41,517 nt of DNA. Source: Craspedostauros australis. Its lineage: Eukaryota. The DNA is taken from NCBI GenBank assembly GCA_030167865.1, contig JALAGF010000257.1, positions 1 to 41,517 of the forward strand, read 5' to 3'. Under the pieces are notes generated by a model. That model searched no databases. It was not told where the DNA came from and saw only the letters and a program-made list of their open reading frames with translations. This document shows, in pieces, positions 10,917 through 22,100 of this stretch; position 1 is the first letter of the stretch, and every line of letters begins with the position of its first letter. The position numbers were made by a program, and so were the translations under genes.

Positions 10917-11573
10917 TCACGGACCCAGCTCGACATATTCTAGCTTCGTCAACACCAACCCCGCGCATTTCCTTCGCGCCAAATCCCAATCCTCCTCGCA
11001 CTCGTAGAAGAGGGTGTTCATTTCGATCTTCTCTTCCGGCGTGACGTCCTCGATGTAACCGTACCGCTTCTGCAGATCGCCGACAAAGAGCTTGGCGTTC
11101 ATGGACTCATCATCCCCTTCGTAACACTCGGCCTGCGCCATGAGGTCGAGCACCTCGCCATAAAACTGAAAGGCCAGCGACGAACGACGGTTGGCCTGAA
11201 AGAAGAGCGCCATGGCCAATTTGACTTCCTCGTAGTCGGACGGTTCGCGCGTGTTGAGGAGGTCGTCAATGAGACCCTGTCGCTTGGCCGGCGTGCCGTA
11301 GTTGCGGCGGCTGATGGCGGCGCAGTCGTGTCCCGTGCCCATGGCGGAGCCCCAGTTCCATTTGGGCGACGTCCAGCCCGAATCGGGGACGCCGTAGATC
11401 TCTTTGTTGTTCGAAGCGGACATCTTGTGGAGGTTGGAACGGAACTTTGATGCTGCAGTTGATGACGCAGTTGATGACGCAGTTGATGACGCAGTTGATG
11501 GAACTGATGTGATGAATGCTTGTGTGGAAGTTGACACGAGCAAGCTGAGGATGATGCAAATGCGAGCGAGCAT
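10917..11573 (-). CDS. Plastid-targeted uncharacterised protein, ~218 aa
   Basis: Bipartite presequence MLARICIILSLLVSTSTQA|FITS. The mature region starts with the conserved-looking YGVPDSGWTSPKWNWGSAMGTGHDCA. Coding-like codon bias. An alternative ATG lies at 11606. Confidence 0.85.
   Translation of the reverse strand: MLARICIILSLLVSTSTQAFITSVPSTASSTASSTASSTAASKFRSNLHKMSASNNKEIYGVPDSGWTSPKWNWGSAMGTGHDCAAISRRNYGTPAKRQGLIDDLLNTREPSDYEEVKLAMALFFQANRRSSLAFQFYGEVLDLMAQAECYEGDDESMNAKLFVGDLQKRYGYIEDVTPEEKIEMNTLFYECEEDWDLARRKCAGLVLTKLEYVELGP
11455..11500. repeat. 12-bp tandem repeat (GCAGTTGATGAC) x3.8 encoding STAS repeats in the transit peptide
   Basis: Seen directly. Confidence 0.95.
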
Positions 11574-12397
11574 GTTGAGGTCGAAGTGCAACGAGGTGAT
11601 CGTCATGGATGCTTTGATTGCTTCCTGCTGCCGACGTTGCTGTGATTGCTGCGTGATTGTTGCGAGAGTGAAAGTGAGAGTGATGATGGTGTGGATAGTT
11701 GGATGGACGAGTGGATCGAACGACCTATCTGACACGTCCAAAGCGTCGAAGGTGGATGATGGAGATGGGTGATGACGATCGCGGGTATCTCAGGAAGGAT
11801 CTGTCTGTTGCCTTGTTTGACTATCTTACATGTATTGCGTCTGCCATAGTCCGTCGTCGCATTTTTTTGGCATTTCTGTGCTTCGCCTTGCCATCACCCG
11901 TCCGCTATCCGCCATCATGAAATCTGCCAGAAGTTGGATGTGGAACGAATTCAGTTCGGAGTGACGCACCGATCTTCTGTGCCCCATTTTTGCCTGGGAG
12001 GTGTCAGGTATCCAGCTGCCGGCTCCAATTACGAGCTCTGGACCTCGAAGATTTGTGGGGCATTGTTCTCACAAGTTCGCTCCTCTCTGGTTGGAGATGT
12101 GCTGTGCTGTGATGTGTTCGTACCTTCGCCAGGAATGGATGTTGTTGGGGAGAAGGTTTGTTCGCTGAGACGCTGTTTCTGGTGGCATTTGGACAAGCCC
12201 TCTATTATGCTCATACGATGGGAATGTGAGGATGGAACAAATGCTATGCATCGAGAGGATCATTTGTTAGCTCTGTCAGTTTTGTTTGGCTGGTTGTGTT
12301 ATGATGCTTTTATCTCTATGATATTATAGTATGTTATGCTTGAGCTTGATGCGTTTGCTGGATGCTGAATGCGACGTCCTTCTGATTGAACGATGGT

Positions 12398-13102
12398 TCA
12401 CATGGCATGCGCTGGCGTCAATGTGGACAACGGAGTTTGCTGCTCGGAATGGATCAGCATCTCCACCCAGATCGTATTGATGTCCATCTCTGTGGATCGG
12501 ATCTTGGGTGTGATGGTTGGAAGTGTTCGTGGCTGCGCTTGCTGCGTGGAAATGGTCTCATCATTTGCGGTGATGGACAGGACATCCGCCGATCTGCGTT
12601 CAAGGCGAATCTTTGGCAGAACCTTATTCTTTTTCTGATCCTTGGCAGGCGTTGCTGGCATCACATCTTCATCCATCAACGGCGACGGAAAGGTGCGTGT
12701 GGACTCGTGCTGGTTCATGTGCTGTGTCACATCATTGATGGATACCATGGAAGCGGTGGTGACGCGAGGCACGAAGGGCTTGTTCTTGCCGATGCCCAGA
12801 TCGTATGAGTAGGATGGTGATTGGCTTTGTTGGTTGTGCTGTTGTTGCTGCTGTTGCTGCTGTTGATCTTCTTCCTGCGTCTGCGTCTGCGTCTGCTGCT
12901 GCACAGTGATTGCCTGTGGAATGATCAGCGGTGCTGTCCGTTCGACGAAGGCCGGAGCTGTGAACGTTCTGGGAACTGCTTTGGTGACTGGGGCGGTGGC
13001 CATGTACCCGGACACCAGAAGCATCGATTGCATGGCGGCGAAGGTCAGCATCATCTTCGTCGTGGCGGAAGCGGAGAGGTTGGATTTTGTGGATGTCATC
13101 AT
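12398..13102 (-). CDS. Uncharacterised diatom-type protein with an N-terminal hydrophobic signal and poly-Q, 234 aa
   Basis: Signal-like MMLTFAAMQSMLLVSG|YMA. Short conserved-looking motifs YDLGIGKNKP and DINTIWVEMLIH sit in otherwise low-complexity sequence. A CA-rich 5' leader lies upstream. Confidence 0.75.
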   Translation of the reverse strand: MMTSTKSNLSASATTKMMLTFAAMQSMLLVSGYMATAPVTKAVPRTFTAPAFVERTAPLIIPQAITVQQQTQTQTQEEDQQQQQQQQQHNQQSQSPSYSYDLGIGKNKPFVPRVTTASMVSINDVTQHMNQHESTRTFPSPLMDEDVMPATPAKDQKKNKVLPKIRLERRSADVLSITANDETISTQQAQPRTLPTITPKIRSTEMDINTIWVEMLIHSEQQTPLSTLTPAHAM

Positions 13103-13958
13103 TGTTACTGTCTGTTGTGTTGTGTTCTTTTTGTGTTGAAATGATGCGAAGTGCAGTGCAGTTTGACAGTTTTCGTGTTGATTGCTTGGTGATTGCTTGG
13201 TGATTGATTCCTGTTGGTTGTTGCTTTGGATTTATGCTCGCGGTGGAGGTGGTGGTTTGCCTTGTTGGGAATACCCTTGTTGATGAAGTGCGTGAGTGTT
13301 GTTTTTGTGAGTGATGCTGACTTTTGTTGCAGAAGACGTGCGAAATTGCGTAAATCGGCGTTGTTGTTGTTGTTGTCGTTGTTTTGTGTGGGCGAATTTT
13401 GTGGGTGAAGATTTGCCCAACACGACCAGACGCTCCCATGACGAAAAAACGCTTGGTTGGCTGTCTTTGTCGGAAGTTTCGCTATTCACATGAACAACAA
13501 CGAAGTTCATCGAAATGGTCGCCGCCCAATCAAAGCCAACCAATGCTGCTCAAGTAGCAAATGCTGGAACCGAATTGAACTGATTCGAAGATCAAGAAAA
13601 TCATGGTTGTGGACAGAGCACAACGCGGCCATGACGTACGAATGCCAGACGTAGTACATGTCGTGTATTATCGACTCAACGGATTACATTCCAAACAACA
13701 ACCACAAAACGAACACGAGAGAAACACGGAAGAATCGTGTACACAACAACAACGAAGCCAAACCTGGCCTCTCCACAGCCCCATCTCCCTGCGATCTTCC
13801 TCGATTCTTAGGTCGTATTCGTATGGATAGTATAATACCAATACGAATACAATCTATTCTATTCTATTATACGATACCCATTGACTCGATCGCAACCGAG
13901 TCCATCCCAACCAAGCAAGCCAAAGGAAATCAAGAGAAGAACAGAAGCAACCAGCACG

Positions 13959-14336
13959 ATGCCATTCTGGGGTGGAGGTTCCGAAAAGAAGCAAGTCGAA
14001 CAGACGTTCGCAAGCGACGACGTCGCGGACTTCCAATCGAGCAGCAACTTCGCTGCCGCCGGTCCATCCGCAGGAGGAGGCGGTGCCGCCGGCATGCAGG
14101 AGCTGCAGCAGATGTCCATGGTCATACAGCAGCAGATGCTGGTGCAGCAGGTCATCAGCGACCTGTCCGACAGATCCTACGAGAAGTGCATCACCTCCAG
14201 ACCTTCGGACTCCCTCAGCGGATCGCAGGTGGCCTGCATCAAGTCCACAGTCAACAAGTGGCTCGATACCAACGAGTTCATGACGGGCCGCCTCGCCAAG
14301 AAGTCGCAAGCTCAGAAGGCTGGCGGTCTTATGTAA
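13959..14336 (+). CDS. TIM8: Mitochondrial small Tim chaperone (Tim10/DDP family), Tim8-like, 125 aa
   Basis: ELQQ...QQQ..VQQVISDLSDRSYEKCITSRPSDSLSGSQVACIKSTVNKWLDTNEFMTGRL matches the Tim8 pattern (L.D.CW.KC....L...E..C..NCV.RFLDT..FI..RL). The outer cysteines are replaced by S and T. Confidence 0.85.
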   Translation: MPFWGGGSEKKQVEQTFASDDVADFQSSSNFAAAGPSAGGGGAAGMQELQQMSMVIQQQMLVQQVISDLSDRSYEKCITSRPSDSLSGSQVACIKSTVNKWLDTNEFMTGRLAKKSQAQKAGGLM

Positions 14337-15653
14337 ACGTTCGTGCATTGGAGTCGGGAGGCTACGCCTGAAACTCGGTGGTGAACTCTGCTGGATTGGA
14401 GCCCTGCTGGATTGGAGCGATGAATATGAACGTGAATGTGAGCGTGAAAGTGGGTGGGGTGCGAGCTACTCCTCTAATCAATTGAAGAAGAACGCAGCGC
14501 CCAAGACGGAGCCGTTGGAGATGAAACATTGCGCTCAACCAAACAGAGAACTTCGGTACGGGAGCGCTTTCACTCTATGCTACGCTGTGGGCACTCCTGC
14601 TGTCGCATGCTCGACTCCGCACGTCACAAATCCCTCATCGAGGTACATTGCGATGCAACGCATTCCAATAATCCACAGTTCTACCAAGTGCGGTCGTGGA
14701 TGATTGTGGAGCGAATCCATCTACCAACTCCATCCACCAACTCTACTCTCTACTATACTCCATCACAAGTGAATTACTAAACAACAAGATCAACAGCAAC
14801 ATCCATGATACCACTCCACTCAATTGCGCGCGAGTGTTGTGTAACAAGACCAAACGCATCTCTCTTCCTGCCCTCTCCTCGTTCCTCAATGCTCCATGTG
14901 GAGCCTTGCCCTTCATTCATGTCTCTCCTCGTCTCCAAAGCAAAGCAAAGCCACCAGCATCAATCACGATCGCATGGGCCGCCCCGCGATGAGATCACCC
15001 TCGCCTTCTGTGCTCTGTCGGTGCACAACTCACGATTGCCTGGAGCCTGTCTTACGACGAGAACACTGCCATCCAATGCAAATAGAAACGCCCTGCCAAC
15101 GAATTTGGCCATCCAAATTCATTCCAGTCCTCCACTCTCCAAAGAAAATGCACGATTGCCGCATGCTCGTTCTCCAGATGCATGCCATCCGGAACTGTGC
15201 TCAGTTCAAATTCTTGCTTCCAGCGGTGTGCCTCGTTCTGATCGCATGTATGGTATGTGAACAACATCCCAAGAAATTTCTCTTGACGATCTCTTCGTCT
15301 GTTCGGCAGTGAAACTTTGGAGACGAGAGAGTGAGTGCACTCGACTATGCTCTGCACTGTACTTGATCACTCCAGAGAGGTGCCGGGGATGGTGTTCACA
15401 GGGCAAGCATCAACGCGCTTCTCTCATGGCGCGTGCGCTGCAATGACGATACTACATGCATGTATGCAGAGTGTGATTGATTGATTGATTGACTGATTGG
15501 GTCTATGTATGTGATTGTATCTGTATGTAAGTGTACTCGTATGTGTGATCCTTGTCACCTGCTGGTCTCGTTTGGATCACTTGTTATGCGCAACTGGATG
15601 CCATTTCGCGTACCTGCGGACCGCCGCAGGGTTCCCCGTCCCCCATGTATGTC

Positions 15654-17027
15654 TCACCAGAATGGAAGAGGGGAGTAGTTCTCTTGCTGTCGCTTGCTCT
15701 CCTTGATGGCGACGGCGGCGGCCTTGACCTTCTTGGAGGCCAGCAGCTGCCGCCTCAGTTCTGGGGCACCGTCGCGGAGGCTCTGGCACACGCGTTCGAA
15801 GGCGCGCTTCTCGTCGATCTCCTCCCAGCGGAACCGACCCTTGCTCTTGACGCGTCGCACGAAGCGGCGGTCTTCGGCCTTGAGTAGGTCCAACAGCTTC
15901 GTGGCGATGACGGGCTTGTCGCTGCGCTTGGCGCACAGGTACTGGGTCTGGTGCTGGCGGATGAGGTCGCGGAACCATTCGTTTCCGGCGTGGAAGTTCG
16001 TGGGGGCACCGCGGCCGCAGACGATATCGGCGGATCGCAGACCGTTGGAGTCTTTTGCCGGGACCTCATTCTTGTGGTTGGACAGCACGTTGATGTTCTC
16101 CGAGTTGCCGTCGTTGTTCTCGTCGCTCCATGACTGCGTTGGCGTGAGCATGACGGGGGCCGGTGTCGTGGTGGGTGATGCACATGGCGACGAGCAGGAT
16201 GGCTGTGCTTGCGATGTGAAGGCAGCGAACTTGTGCTGCTCGTATTCCTGCTTGTCGAAGGAATAGGCTGGCGCATCGGGCTTCTCCTCCAAGGCACCGT
16301 TCGTGTTCTCGCCGTTGTGGGCGCACAGCACATTGTCAACGCTCGCGTTGATGCTGTCGTGGTTCACCAAGAGATGGTGTTCCTGGCTCTGGTCCCGGTC
16401 CTGGTGGTGGTCCTGGTTGTGATGCTGGTACTGTTGGTGGTGAAGGTGATGGTCATCATATTGCTGGCTGTATCGGTAGCTTGGATAGCCGTGGTGCTCA
16501 CCGTCCGCGTATGAGTGCGGCGGGTGGGTTGGCGCCATGGGTGGTGGCGGTGGCGGACCGCAGTCACGTTGGTCATAGTGAAAGCTGTACTGGGTCTGGT
16601 AGTCATGGTGATGGTGGCGGTACCCGTAGCTGCTGCGGCTGCTGCTGCGGTTGTTGTTGATCTCGCGGCTCATAGGAGCTTGGCTGCGTTGTTCGTGTCC
16701 ATACTGGATATAGTTGGACCAGCTGGTGGAGTAATTGGTGGTAGTCATTGCTGGCAATGAATGTGGTGGGGTTGGTGACATCGACGGGGAATCGTGGACC
16801 GAAGAAGAAGGAGCCACAGCATAGCGGGTGCGGGATGGTGCGGAGTAGCCCGAGAGGTGCGTGTCGCGCTTGTGATAGTCGTAATAGTCCGGACTGACAA
16901 CGCCTGCGACAGGTTGATGCGGTGGCATTGATTCCTTGAAACGATAATCTCTGTTAGATCGAGTTGGTGTGACCGCAGAGTCGTCAATGGAGCTTGCGGA
17001 GTATCGGGTTGGGATGAACTTGGTCAT
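15654..17027 (-). CDS. DUF6824 domain protein with a long His/Tyr/Pro-rich disordered N-terminus, ~457 aa
   Basis: DIVCGRG....HAGNEWFRDLI.....Y..A.R.DKP.IA..........RFV.......W.E.....A.E.VCQSLRD (about 15770-16030) is the diatom-expanded DUF6824 pattern. Start set at the first in-frame ATG (17027). Confidence 0.9.
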   Translation of the reverse strand: MTKFIPTRYSASSIDDSAVTPTRSNRDYRFKESMPPHQPVAGVVSPDYYDYHKRDTHLSGYSAPSRTRYAVAPSSSVHDSPSMSPTPPHSLPAMTTTNYSTSWSNYIQYGHEQRSQAPMSREINNNRSSSRSSYGYRHHHHDYQTQYSFHYDQRDCGPPPPPPMAPTHPPHSYADGEHHGYPSYRYSQQYDDHHLHHQQYQHHNQDHHQDRDQSQEHHLLVNHDSINASVDNVLCAHNGENTNGALEEKPDAPAYSFDKQEYEQHKFAAFTSQAQPSCSSPCASPTTTPAPVMLTPTQSWSDENNDGNSENINVLSNHKNEVPAKDSNGLRSADIVCGRGAPTNFHAGNEWFRDLIRQHQTQYLCAKRSDKPVIATKLLDLLKAEDRRFVRRVKSKGRFRWEEIDEKRAFERVCQSLRDGAPELRRQLLASKKVKAAAVAIKESKRQQENYSPLPFW

Positions 17028-19128
17028 GGTGCGGATGTTGGTGTTGGTGTTGATACTGGTTGTTGCGGTGGATGCTTGTCGGTGGGAGATGGACTTTGAT
17101 GATGATGACGACGACAATGATGAAACCAAATGGCTTTGTTGGTTGGAGGTGGTTTCGATTTTGTGTGTCAAGGGTGATGAGTTGAGTTGAAACGATTTGA
17201 TTTGATTTGAACTGAGCTGAATGAAGTTGTGCTGGGAGCGGATTGGGTCGGGTTGAGATGGTTTCCTTTTTGCTGTGTGGTTGATTTGTGGGATCGTTCT
17301 GGTTTTGTGGGATGATGAATGCCCTTGTTCGATTTCGCAAGATGGTGGTGTTGGTGGTGGTTGTGGAGATGATGTCAAGCCGTGTGCGAATGAATGAAAG
17401 ATGCTTTGAATCTGTCGTCGGTCGGTTATGTTTGCTGGGTGCAGAAGTCGTCGATTTCAAATTGCAATTCTGTGGGGAGGTCTCGTGTTGGTGGGTTTGA
17501 TTTTGTGAGTGCAGTTGTACGTCACTTCTCATCATGTGCACAACCAGAAGGAAGACATCAGCATCCATGTGCAAAGTGATTTCCGAATCCTCCAGTCATG
17601 GTTTCACCTCGTCTTGCAGCTCAAGTCTTGGTTCATGTCGTTCGCCATAAAAGAATCCATTCCGTGCTTCTTCCTTGCAATTGTCATGATCGGCACTGTG
17701 TGCGTTGGGTTTCTCGTGCACCTATCAACGCTTCTGAAGCGTCACATAAGGCGTGATTTTGTGTGTGCTATCGCCATTTTGCATGGTCGCCGTACGAGAT
17801 CTCGTAACGGTTATACGAACCGCGCGTGCCCTCCTCCCATCATTCACAAGATGCTGAATTTTTGGCGCAAAACCATGACTTCAACGCGCACCTTTGTCGA
17901 ATGAAAATGGGAACAGACCCACCCACGCAAACGCACCATGGCACACCGGCAACCAAGATGGAACAGCGCCTCTGTCGTAACAAGATGAACCAAACGCAAC
18001 CGGGACTTTCAAGATGAGTCCCATCTCTTGTCCGGAATCCCGAATTTTTGTTGAAGCCACGCCGACACTGCGAAATTGAGAGGGCTTTCTGTGCCGGTGT
18101 CCATGTCCGGATTTGCGCTGGACATCCGCATCGGAACCTGTCTTCTCATCTCCGCTTCCGCCCATCACCATCGATGCGCTTCTCTCTCGACGAGTGCGGA
18201 CCAGCGCGTTCTGCCCAAAGCACGGTCGACATGTCCGTTTTGTCTGTGGCTTCCACGTGCGGAAGAGCGCAAGTACAACTCTCGGGAGAGGGGAAGAGAG
18301 TACGAGAACGTCCAATACTCTCGGGATGGTGAGACGGAGCATCAAATTTGACACGTCCGCACGCTAAGATTCTGGTGCAACTTGGAACCCTCCCAGGCGT
18401 CCTCTCGTCTTCCGGACTGAAGCGGATGCGCACGAGCGCCAACGCACCACGCTTCTCGTCGCAACCGCAAGCAAGATACAAACGAAGCGGCACAGCAGAA
18501 GACAGCAACAGCAACAACACGAGCACCAGTTTGATTGTTGCACGATGGGATTGGCAAGACGACGAATTCAAACGGATGCATCGCACATGCAAAACCCAAG
18601 CATTCCGACAAGTATATGGGAGATGCAAGGGAGAGCATAACACGAAGAAGAAAGAGGAGCAACGGAGGCATGGGCGATGTCAGTGATGGCACCCAAATCC
18701 AACAATGACAGCAATGATTCCATCCCATTCCACAATTTGCGTACAATGGCAAGGCACAGCATGGAGATGGATTTTTTGTCGACCGTTTCATTCGTACTCT
18801 TCCATACTTGGGCTCGTATGCAAATTCACAAACCTTGGTACGGGCACGGCCGGGGAAGTTTCTGCAACTTTGCGGGCGTCTCAATTTCTTGCGCTACTAC
18901 GGGTACGGGTATGCTTGCTGTGGTTTGGCCGTGCTCGAATGTGCACGAGTAGGAAGCGTGTCGAATGATTTGCATGAGAAGGTCGGCCTTCACATGTGCT
19001 CTTGCTTGTAGATGTATGTGGATGTAGATTCGCAACCTTCTCTCCCTCCCTCCTTCCCTTCTCCAGCATCAATGTCCTGCCAATGATAAATCTGTCCATT
19101 CTTATCATCGCAGCTGCTGTCGTCGTCA

Positions 19129-22100
19129 TCACGAGATGGAGTGCTTGTTGAGAATCTCGATAAAGTCCGACGCCTCCATCATGTCTACGCCCAGCGCTTC
19201 CGCTTCGTCCAGCTTCTTCCCGCCTCGGTTGCCGTACACGAGGAGGCTTGTGCTCTTGCCGACGCTGCCCGGGGTTGACTTTGCACCAAGCTTCTTGGCA
19301 CCTGCTTGAATATCCCGCCGCGTCCATCCTGGGATGGATCCCGTGAACACTATGCGCATCCCTGCAAATGGCAGGTTGGGATCATCAGTCTGCGACGAGG
19401 CAGACGCACCTTGCTTGCTCTTCGCCGCGTCCCCATCCGGCCCAAAATCAAAGAGGATCTCTTCATCCTGCACCACGATGGCATCAGCAAGTCGTTTTGC
19501 TGCTGCCAGCATCTCCGGCTCTTTCGCAAAGGTCGTGAGCGCGGTGACTTGCGCAGGACCGATCCCTTTGATCTCTTCGTCGAACAATAAAGCGAAGGGA
19601 TGATCCAAATCGGACTTGTTGACTGTCTGCAATATCCCATTGTCATCGGACGGCGTTTCGGTCGCCGCGGCCGCAACAGTGTCACCGTCCACGTCGGTGC
19701 TCTCAGCGTCTTCGCCATCCTCCTTGGCCACGGTGCGGGGACGCTCCCACTTCGCCGTCTCGTCCAATGCCTTCAGAAAGGCAGTTTTGTTGCCATACAC
19801 AGAGGCCAGGATTTCGGACGTCGTTTGACCTGCCTGCCGGATCCCCAAGGAGTAGATGAACCGGCTCAACGAGACCCCGTCGCTGCTGACACGTTGCGCC
19901 GCCCGTTGCAAGTTCGCGCACGATTTCTTCCCCCATCCAGGCAGTTCTGCAATCGTCTCCCAATCGTCGTCATCCCAAAGAAAGACGTCACATGGAAATT
20001 GCAAGATGGGCCGCGTTGTGTTGGGATGCGTCGCATTCATGAGCTGCCGCACCTTGGCTTCTGAAAGCCCCGTCACATCCAACGCGTCACGCGAATATGC
20101 ATGTTTCAAGGATGTCACGGCGCGTGGAGGACACAGCAAGGGCGGTCCGCCGCATCGAAGAACTTGTCCGACGGAAGTGGCGTTGCGATTCTCCACCGTG
20201 ACCTGGAGGATGGCGGGCGATCCGCACGCTGGGCAGGCCTTCGGCGCCTCCAATGATATGATATCGTCTTCGGTGGAGTTGTCGGCGATCGGTCTGGAAT
20301 CCACTCGCTGCACGACCTGGGGGATGACATCGCCCGCGCGTCGGACCATGACCAAGGTCCCCTTCGCGAGCTGCTTGTTTGAGAGCATCCGATCATCCAC
20401 AATACCATCCAGCAGCAGCTCTTGCAGATGGCCGAAGTTGTGCAAGGTGGCCCGTTGAACCATCACGCCCTGAACATCGACTGGTTCCAAGACAGCGACT
20501 GGAGTGAGCGCGCCGGTCCGGCCCACCTGCACCTCAATACCGAGAAGCTGCGTGACGTAGGTGGTCGATGGGAACTTGTGCGCCACTGCCCAGCGAGGAT
20601 ACTTGGTGGAGGATCCCAAGAGTTGCCGGGCTTCAAATTCCGAAACCTTGTGCACGCAGCCATCCATCTCAAAGTCCCCCCACTCGAACTTGGATTTATT
20701 CTCTGCGTTGCGCTTGCTTTTTCGTTTGCCCTTCTCCTTGCTCTTGCTGATGGCAGCACTTGCGCCATTAGTAACCGTGATAAAATCTGAGATATCAGCA
20801 TCATCAAGAGCTTCGGCATCACTTCCGCCATGGGATGCCTGATCCATGAGCAAACGGTGATCGCCAAGCTCGGTGTAATACTCCAATATCGGCTGAATAT
20901 CATCTGCGGTCCAAACGGTGGTTTCATTCTCTGCCGGCTGCCTTGCCACAACGTCCGCGAGCGAGACCGAAGTGGTCGTGAATGGATGCGGAACATTAAA
21001 GCCGAAGGACTGCAGCATCTCTCTGACTTCCAATCCGCTTGATGGTGATTGATTGGGTGCTGAGCCTGCTGCAGTTCTGAGTGTGGTCGATTGTACCATG
21101 TCGTACGCGTAGAAGACGAGCTTCGATTGGAGCCGACGACTTGCGTCATCTTTTTCCTTGCGCAGGAGAATACCAGAGGCCGCATTGCGCGCATTTGAAA
21201 AGGCGGGGATGGTCACCGCCGGTATTTCTGGCAGCGTCGCTTCCGACGATGGTTCTTCTTGTTGCGTCTCGTTGGAATCAGTGCTGGCACCGGTCTCATT
21301 GAGCGTGCTGTTAGAATTGAGTGTGCTGTTCGAAGCTGCTGTGCAGTTCTCTTCGATCAGCTTTCTGACGGCTTCCGCTGCTGCGAGCTGTCCCTGACGT
21401 TCCTGTTTCAAGTCTTGGAACACAGAATTCGGCAGAATGATCTCCCCCCTCACTTCAATAATCGGTGGAGGTGTGGATGATGTGATGGGCCAGCGCAGGT
21501 GAGACGGTATGGTTTGCTCCATATCCTCTCGAATCGCAGCGGTGACATCGAGACCAACACGGCCATCTCCGCGAGTTGCGGCCCAAACCAGGTGATACAA
21601 ATGACCGTCGCTGTCGTCGGTTGACAGCTCGTAGCGAATGGAGAGGGAGATCCCATCCAGCTTTGGTTCCGTCATGATTGTGATGGTGTCCACCGTTGAT
21701 TGAATGTCTATATCGCTGGCATCGATAATGCTCACGCCTGTTGCTTCTGTGGCATCGTGTTCATCCTCGCTTTCAGTGTTCTCGTCACTATCGCTATCGG
21801 CGGCCAACGGCTTGGGATACAGCTTCTTCGTCATACGTTCCAACCACGCCACCAGCTCGTCTTGATTGACGGCATTGTCGAGCGACAGCATGGAAGAATG
21901 ATGACTCCTCTTGAGCCGCACCGTCGACACAGCTTGCTGCGCACCCACGCGGCCGCTTCTCGTGGCGGCCAGATCCAATCCGGATTCATCGCGCCAGCGT
22001 TGCAGCAGATGCGGAAATTGCTCGCTGATGTGCTCCTCACGCGATACGAGGGCATCGAACTCGTCGTCGGTCAATTCGACGTTGGCCGCATCGGCGTAGT

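Noticed and set aside
4597-17525. Several TGACGT hexamers (aureochrome/bZIP-type sites) upstream of genes
   Set aside because: A 6-mer is expected many times by chance in 41 kb; no clustering evident.
19560-21820. Inteins within LigA insertions
   Set aside because: No Cys/Ser-start...His-Asn-end splicing motifs or LAGLIDADG blocks; the inserts are low complexity.
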